64,000 bases of DNA. Source: an uncultured Candidatus Saccharibacteria bacterium. Its GTDB lineage: Bacteria; Patescibacteriota; Minisyncoccia; Phycocordibacterales; CAIZLB01. The DNA lies in assembly GCA_964620475.1 (NCBI GenBank), contig CAZUJN010000003.1, forward strand, positions 5,647-69,646, given 5' to 3'. Made by a program: the position numbers and the translations under genes. Shown here piece after piece: positions 58,420 to 64,000 of the stretch (within the stretch, counting starts at the first letter, position 1; every line of letters starts with the position of its first letter). The notes beneath the pieces were generated by a model. It did no database searches. It was not told where the DNA came from and was given only the letters and a program-made list of their open reading frames with translations.

Positions 58420-59637
58420 ATGAATGATAAAATTAAAATATTAAGCATAGAAACAAGTTGTGATGAGACAGCTGTTTCAGTTCTAGAATATGACCATAAT
58501 AATGGAAAATATTTGATTCTTGCTGATTCTTTGAATAGCCAAATAGATATACATAAAGAATATGGTGGAGTATTTCCTACTGTTGCCAAAAGAGAGCATG
58601 GCAACAATTTGTTAAGTTTATTGAAAAATTGTCTTGAGAAAATTGATACGTCTGGTATTGAGATTAATATCGAAAATATGGAAATAGAAATATTATCAAG
58701 AGAGGAGGACCTAAAGAAGCAAATAGAAAACATATTTAAAGATAATTCTACAAATATACTTAAAACCGTACCGCAAATAGACTATATAGCCGTAACAAGA
58801 GGACCGGGACTTGAACCTGCTTTATGGGTAGGTCTTAGTTTTGCTAAATTCTTAGCAAAATTGTGGCAAAAACCATTATTACCTATAAATCACATGGAAG
58901 GTCATATTTCATCTGTTTTATTAGAGAATAATGTTGAAGAATTCCCTACCTTAGCCTTACTCATATCTGGTGGCCATACAGAATTAGTTGATATGGAGAA
59001 TTGGGGTAAATATAGAATTATCGGCAAAACAAGAGATGATGCTATTGGTGAAGCATACGATAAAGTTGCAAGGATATTAGGATTACCCTATCCCGGTGGA
59101 CCAGAAATAGCCAAAAAGGCTCAATATATAAGAGATAATTTCTCTGTCGATCAAATAGATATCTTAAAAAATAAATATTCTATAAAATTACCTAGACCAA
59201 TGATTAATAGTCGAGATCTTGACTTATCATTCTCTGGTTTAAAGACAGCTGTTTTATACCTAGTTAGAGATATAGGTGAATTAAATGAAGAAATGATAAA
59301 CCTTATCAGTCATGAATTTGAAAATGCTGTTTTAGAAGTATTAATAAAAAAATTAAATTTTGCTCATAGAGAAAATGATCATAAATACAAAAATTTAATA
59401 GTAGCCGGTGGTGTTATAGCCAATGATTTTCTAAAAGAACATATAAATAAATGGTGTAATGAAAATGAATTGAATTTTCTAAAACCAGATAAAAAACTAG
59501 CAACCGATAATGCTGTCATGATAGGATTAGCGGCAATAATAGGTCTTTCACATAATTATGTAAAAATCTTAGACCCCAAATCAGAAGAATTTATTAATTT
59601 AAAACCTGATGGAGATTGGTCTATTGATAATATATAA
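58420..59637 (+). CDS. tsaD: tRNA N6-adenosine threonylcarbamoyltransferase
   Basis: IETSCDET, HMEGH, SGGHT, DDAIGEAYDK, SFSGLKT and DNAVMI. Confidence 0.96.
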   Translation: MNDKIKILSIETSCDETAVSVLEYDHNNGKYLILADSLNSQIDIHKEYGGVFPTVAKREHGNNLLSLLKNCLEKIDTSGIEINIENMEIEILSREEDLKKQIENIFKDNSTNILKTVPQIDYIAVTRGPGLEPALWVGLSFAKFLAKLWQKPLLPINHMEGHISSVLLENNVEEFPTLALLISGGHTELVDMENWGKYRIIGKTRDDAIGEAYDKVARILGLPYPGGPEIAKKAQYIRDNFSVDQIDILKNKYSIKLPRPMINSRDLDLSFSGLKTAVLYLVRDIGELNEEMINLISHEFENAVLEVLIKKLNFAHRENDHKYKNLIVAGGVIANDFLKEHINKWCNENELNFLKPDKKLATDNAVMIGLAAIIGLSHNYVKILDPKSEEFINLKPDGDWSIDNI

Positions 59638-59646
59638 TTATGTTAT

Positions 59647-60411
59647 ATGCATCCTCAATTCTCAGATATATTAAATATATTGAATAATAGCTTTATAATA
59701 TTTTTTTATGCATTATTTGCAGGGCTCATTCCTGCATTATTATGGTTATGGTTTTGGCTTCATGAAAAAGACAAACATAAAGAACCGGTTAAGGTTATAT
59801 TTATGGTCTTTTTATTAGGTATGCTTGGCGTCTTTGTATCATTTATATTACAAAAAGCTTTGGCTATTTATTTTGATTTTAAGATAAATGATATAGGTAA
59901 CTTCGTTCGTTCATCACAAAATCATCAAATTACCAACCTGATTTTTGTTATAATTGAAGAATTTATAAAATTCTTATGTGCATACACGGTTTTCTTCAGA
60001 ACTAAAGTTTTTGATGAGCCTATAGATGCATTTATATATTTGATGACCGCAGCTTTAGGCTTTGCCGCTATGGAAAATAGTTTGTATTTAGTTAACCCTC
60101 TAATAAACGGAGACACTATAAACGTTATAATAAATTCAAACCTACGATTTATAGGTGCAAATGTGTTACATGTTGCCTCAAGTGGATTATTGGCATTATT
60201 TATAGGCTACGCTTTCTATAAAGGAAAAATAATTAAAGAGTTGTATACATGGATTGGATTAATATTTGCTGTACTATTACATTGGATGTTCAATATATTA
60301 TTAATAAATCACTCAAACTCTACTTTATTTATATTTCTATCAGTTTGGGTTGTGATAATTTTTTTAATACTAAGTCTAGAAAAAATAAAAAACTTGCGTA
60401 TAAAGGCTTAA
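59647..60411 (+). CDS. PrsW family intramembrane metalloprotease
   Basis: IEEFIK, GFAAMEN, His motifs LHV and LHWMFN. Confidence 0.88.
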   Translation: MHPQFSDILNILNNSFIIFFYALFAGLIPALLWLWFWLHEKDKHKEPVKVIFMVFLLGMLGVFVSFILQKALAIYFDFKINDIGNFVRSSQNHQITNLIFVIIEEFIKFLCAYTVFFRTKVFDEPIDAFIYLMTAALGFAAMENSLYLVNPLINGDTINVIINSNLRFIGANVLHVASSGLLALFIGYAFYKGKIIKELYTWIGLIFAVLLHWMFNILLINHSNSTLFIFLSVWVVIIFLILSLEKIKNLRIKA

Positions 60412-60428
60412 ACATTTAAAATATACAC

Positions 60429-60959
60429 ATGACTAACACACGTAAATCATTTTTGCAAAGATTAACCGGTAGCTTTAAAGATGACGATCAAGAAGCTATA
60501 GAAAAAATGAAACAAGTAAATCGTAAATCACTTAGAAATCTAAAGGATTTCGATGATGAAGAATATGAAGATATGGATGATGAACCTTCAGAAATAGAAG
60601 ATGAAGAAGATATGGATGACACACCTGCAACCGTAGAAGGTCAACTTGGTATCGATCTGTTTGAAACACCGGTAGAGGTTATAGTTAAAACTATGATACC
60701 AGGTGTAAGAAAAGATGATATAGATATATCTCTATCACGTGATATGCTCACAATCAGAGGTGAAAGAAAGGACGAGAAAACCATAGCTGACGATGATTAT
60801 CATTATAGAGAATTATATTGGGGTGCATTTTCTAGAACAGTTAAACTTCCCCATGAAGTTGATATAGATAAAGCCGAGGCCACAGAATCACAAGGCATGC
60901 TTACACTTAGACTTCCAAGAGTCGATAAAGAAAGACAAACAAAAGTTAAATTAAAATAA
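60429..60959 (+). CDS. Small heat shock protein (Hsp20) with acidic N-terminus
   Basis: IDLFET, IPGV, LTIRGER, ELYWGAFSRTVKLP and GMLTLRLP. Confidence 0.92.
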   Translation: MTNTRKSFLQRLTGSFKDDDQEAIEKMKQVNRKSLRNLKDFDDEEYEDMDDEPSEIEDEEDMDDTPATVEGQLGIDLFETPVEVIVKTMIPGVRKDDIDISLSRDMLTIRGERKDEKTIADDDYHYRELYWGAFSRTVKLPHEVDIDKAEATESQGMLTLRLPRVDKERQTKVKLK

Positions 60960-60970
60960 ATAGATCTTAA

Positions 60971-61006
60971 AATAAAAATAGTCACAACATTGTGACTATT
61001 TTTATT
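60971..61006. terminator. Bidirectional terminator
   Basis: aataaaaatagtcacaa-ca-ttgtgactatttttatt perfect inverted repeat. Confidence 0.7.
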
Positions 61007-61012
61007 TACCTA

Positions 61013-61148
61013 CTTTTGTGCCAAGGGCCGAGATCTCGTTCCTTACTGGAACAGTACACCTTTACGGTTTTATTCGGATCAGAGATCCTCAAAAACATCG
61101 TCAAGCTTTTCTCGCCCTACAAAAGCTCCGCTTTTGTGCCAAGGGCCG
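61013..61148. repeat. 18-bp direct repeat duplicating the tRNA-Phe 3' end around a 100-bp insert
   Basis: cttttgtgccaagggccg at 61013-61030 and 61131-61148. Confidence 0.8.
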
Positions 61149-61209
61149 GGCTCGAACCGGCGACCCCTTCCTCTTCAGGGAAATGCTCTACCAACTGAGC
61201 TACCTTGGC
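61137..61209 (-). tRNA. tRNA-Phe(GAA)
   Basis: gccaaggtagctcagttggtagagca...ct-GAA-ga...ggttcgagc...ccttggca. Confidence 0.94.
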
Positions 61210-61216
61210 GTCTGTG

Positions 61217-61513
61217 TTATTGTATCAACCCTTTTAGAGAGTTTAACAATGAACCAGCCTGTTGTTGTTGACCTGTAATAGTACCAGTTAAATCATTTAC
61301 CTGATTATACAAATCTATGGTTTTTTCTAAATAAGGCTTTGTGTAATAGAAGACACCAAATGTTAAACCTATAACTATGAACCATTTCAAAGCTCCAAAA
61401 ATCATAGCGATATACGCACGTCTCTGTATACTCTCGAGTATATCGCTGTTTTCTGCAACTTTTTCTTCTATAACTTTGAGTCGATTTAAAATCTCTTCAA
61501 ATTCTTGGTTCAT
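61217..61513 (-). CDS. Hypothetical single-TM coiled-coil protein
   Basis: 98 aa; TGc-TAATAT 7 nt before ATG. Confidence 0.7.
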   Translation of the reverse strand: MNQEFEEILNRLKVIEEKVAENSDILESIQRRAYIAMIFGALKWFIVIGLTFGVFYYTKPYLEKTIDLYNQVNDLTGTITGQQQQAGSLLNSLKGLIQ

Positions 61514-61534
61514 AGGAGTTATATTAGCAGAATT

Positions 61535-63811
61535 TTATTGTTTTATCAATCTAGACACAGCGGCAACAAAATCACTTTGAACCTTAGTATTTAACTCACG
61601 AAAAGCCATAAGACCTTCCCTCTTATACTCAACTATAGGATCATGTTGACCGATAGCCCTAAAGCCAACTGAGGTTTGTAAATGAGCCATATTATCCAAA
61701 TGGGTCATCCAATAATAGTCATTTATTTGCAGCCATACCTGCTTAGATATCTTATAAAAATCTTCTGTTTTTTTAGATTCAGGTATATCCTGACCTATTA
61801 ACATATCATCGATAATATTTTTCAACTCATCACCTTCTGCAACTAAAATTTTTCTTCTCTTAGAATATATACTTTGTCTTTGTTGATTCATAACATCATC
61901 AAATTCCAAAATTCTTTTTCGGGAATCAAAATTGAAACCTTCTATTTTCTTTTGAGCTGATTCAAGAGATCTTGAAACAAGTTTATGTTCTATAGCCTCA
62001 TCTTCAGGAAAATTCATCTTACTCATTAAACCTCTAAGTGGAGTGTTTGCAAATATGCGCATCAAATCATCTTCCATAGATACATAAAACTGAGTCTCCC
62101 CTGGATCACCCTGACGACCAGATCTTCCTCTAAGCTGATTATCAACACGTCTTGAATCATGTCTTTCTGTACCTATAACATATAAACCTCCCAGATTTCT
62201 AATCTCATCCATTTCTTCTTTAGTTGAAGGATTACCTCCGAGTTTTATATCAACACCACGACCAGCCATGTTAGTTGCTATAGTTACAGCACCTTTTTTT
62301 CCGGCTTGAGCTATTATTTCACCTTCTTTTTCAGCTAATTCAGGTTTAGCATTCAAAAGATTATGCTTAACACCAGACACTTTAAGATACTGTGATAATA
62401 ATTCACTTTTTTCAACTGAAATAGTACCAACCAAAACAGGTTGCCCTTTTTGATTTAATTCTTTTATTTTTTTGGCAATTGATTTAAATTTACCAATCTC
62501 TGTCATGTATATAAGATCATTTTTATCTACACGAGCAATAGGTCTATGAGTAGGAACCTCTATAACATCCAATCCATAAACCTTAAGAAACTCCTCTCTA
62601 GAAGTTAATCCTGTACCTGTCATACCTGCGAGTCTATCATATAATCTAAACAGATTTTGATATGTTATAGAAGCTGCTGTCTTACTTTCTTTTTGTATAT
62701 TCAAACCTTCTTTAGCTTCAATGGCTTGATGTATACCATCTGACCAACGACGACCTGGTTGCAATCTACCTGTTGATGTATCAACTATAATAACTTCACC
62801 ATCCTTTATTAGATAATCCACATCTTTATGATATATAGCTTTAGCTTTTATAGCAGTTTCAAGATGATGAACAAGTTTTATATTTTGACTATTATATAGA
62901 TCTTGAATACCCAACTTTTTCTCTGCTAAATCTATACCTGCATCTGTGATCATTATAGATTTAAATTTTTCATCATATATGAAATGTTCATCTCTATTCA
63001 TGCCGCGAGCAATTCCAGCAAAAGTCTTATATATATCATCTGACTCGTCAGAGGGTTGTGACACTATCAGAGGACTACGTGATTCATCTATTAATATAGA
63101 ATCCGCTTCATCTATAATTGCATAATAATGATCTCTTTGTCTTAATTCTTCTTTTGAATGAGCGATGTTATCAAACAAATAATCGAAACCGAAAACTGAA
63201 TTTGTTCCATATGTTATATCAGCATCATAAGCTTCTTTTCTAGTACAAGGGCGTAAAAATTCATATTCAACCTTAAATGAGCCTGTTTCATCTTCTGCAA
63301 CATCTTGTTCTTTGGTTGTATGTGATGGATCATATATAAAAGATTTATCTTGCATTATCACAGAAGTTGATAAACCAAGCGCATAATATATTTGTCCCAT
63401 CCAAACAGCATCACGTGCTGACAAATAATCATTTACAGTTACAACATGCACACCACGACCAACAAGCGCATTTAAATATGTTGGTAATGTTGCCATTTGT
63501 GTTTTACCTTCACCTGTTTTCATTTCTGCAATATTTCCATCATGCAATATCATTCCACCCACAAGCTGTACATCATAATGACGTTGATTTAAAGTTCTCT
63601 TTGCAGCTTCGCGTACCAATGCAAAAGCCTCAGGAATTTTTTCATCCAATTTCTTCTTATCGGAATCTTTCAATAAAACTTTTAACTCCAATGATTTATT
63701 TTTCAATTCTTCATCAGAAAGCTTTACAATACTATCCTCTAAAGCATTGATTAATTTAACTTTATTTTGATATTTCTTTATAGGCGAACCTAGGAAATTT
63801 AAAAATGACAT
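61535..63811 (-). CDS. secA: Protein translocase subunit SecA (compact form)
   Basis: EMKTGEGKT, IDEADSILIDESR, ATNMAGRGVDI and QLRGRSGRQGDPG; no C-terminal Zn-binding tail. Confidence 0.97.
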   Translation of the reverse strand: MSFLNFLGSPIKKYQNKVKLINALEDSIVKLSDEELKNKSLELKVLLKDSDKKKLDEKIPEAFALVREAAKRTLNQRHYDVQLVGGMILHDGNIAEMKTGEGKTQMATLPTYLNALVGRGVHVVTVNDYLSARDAVWMGQIYYALGLSTSVIMQDKSFIYDPSHTTKEQDVAEDETGSFKVEYEFLRPCTRKEAYDADITYGTNSVFGFDYLFDNIAHSKEELRQRDHYYAIIDEADSILIDESRSPLIVSQPSDESDDIYKTFAGIARGMNRDEHFIYDEKFKSIMITDAGIDLAEKKLGIQDLYNSQNIKLVHHLETAIKAKAIYHKDVDYLIKDGEVIIVDTSTGRLQPGRRWSDGIHQAIEAKEGLNIQKESKTAASITYQNLFRLYDRLAGMTGTGLTSREEFLKVYGLDVIEVPTHRPIARVDKNDLIYMTEIGKFKSIAKKIKELNQKGQPVLVGTISVEKSELLSQYLKVSGVKHNLLNAKPELAEKEGEIIAQAGKKGAVTIATNMAGRGVDIKLGGNPSTKEEMDEIRNLGGLYVIGTERHDSRRVDNQLRGRSGRQGDPGETQFYVSMEDDLMRIFANTPLRGLMSKMNFPEDEAIEHKLVSRSLESAQKKIEGFNFDSRKRILEFDDVMNQQRQSIYSKRRKILVAEGDELKNIIDDMLIGQDIPESKKTEDFYKISKQVWLQINDYYWMTHLDNMAHLQTSVGFRAIGQHDPIVEYKREGLMAFRELNTKVQSDFVAAVSRLIKQ

Positions 63812-63908
63812 GATTATATTTATAGCATAAATAAAGGTAAAATTGAACCTAAACACAAAAACGCATAGATTTCTCTACGCGTTTTCGTTTTGTGGAACAA
63901 AGTAGTAA

Positions 63909-64000
63909 TTATTTCTTTTTAGCTACTTTTTTTACAGCTTTCTTTACAGTTTTTTTAACTGCTTTTTTAGCTGGTTTTTTTGCAACTTTTTTAACTGCTT
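63909..64000 (-). CDS. Lys/Ala/Val-rich histone H1-like C-terminus (gene starts outside the window)
   Basis: ...AVKKVAKKPAKKAVKKTVKKAVKKVAKKK*; hairpin downstream at about 63857-63886. Confidence 0.75.
   Translation of the reverse strand, partial: AVKKVAKKPAKKAVKKTVKKAVKKVAKKK

Noticed and set aside
1-64000. CRISPR array, cas genes, rRNA, IS transposase, complete prophage
   Set aside because: No regularly spaced repeat-spacer array, no such protein motifs and no structural phage genes seen

Overview
AT-rich chromosomal segment of a small-genome bacterium, most likely Patescibacteria/CPR (Parcubacteria-like, genetic code 11). This is inferred from a tandem array of TrbC/VirB2-like pilins, streamlined AlaRS/ProRS/SecA, a sigma4-HTH protein and -10 boxes directly ahead of start codons. 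The backbone is housekeeping: recR, rplU, dnaJ, infA, proS, alaS, pepF, xth, serS, dprA, topA, parB, dnaK-grpE, the rpsM-rpsI/rpoA cluster, rpmJ, gyrA, tsaD, secA and six tRNAs. An ~11 kb island (about 17270-28546) abuts the 3' end of tRNA-Glu(CTC). It carries a large serine recombinase, a ParB-methylase and a HaeIII-like type II R-M operon coupled to an RloC-like ATPase-HEPN protein. The most unusual signal is a dispersed set of small, visibly GC-richer units, most with a recognisable sigma70 promoter and intrinsic terminator, lying between housekeeping genes. Some encode orphan or secreted mini-proteins, including an unannotated Cys-rich 57-aa peptide. Others look like non-coding RNAs, notably two paralogous RNAs sharing an AAAGUCCUCGG...CCGAGGC scaffold that bracket an orphan ORF between dprA and topA. 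All calls are by eye from motifs; no searches or folding programs were run.
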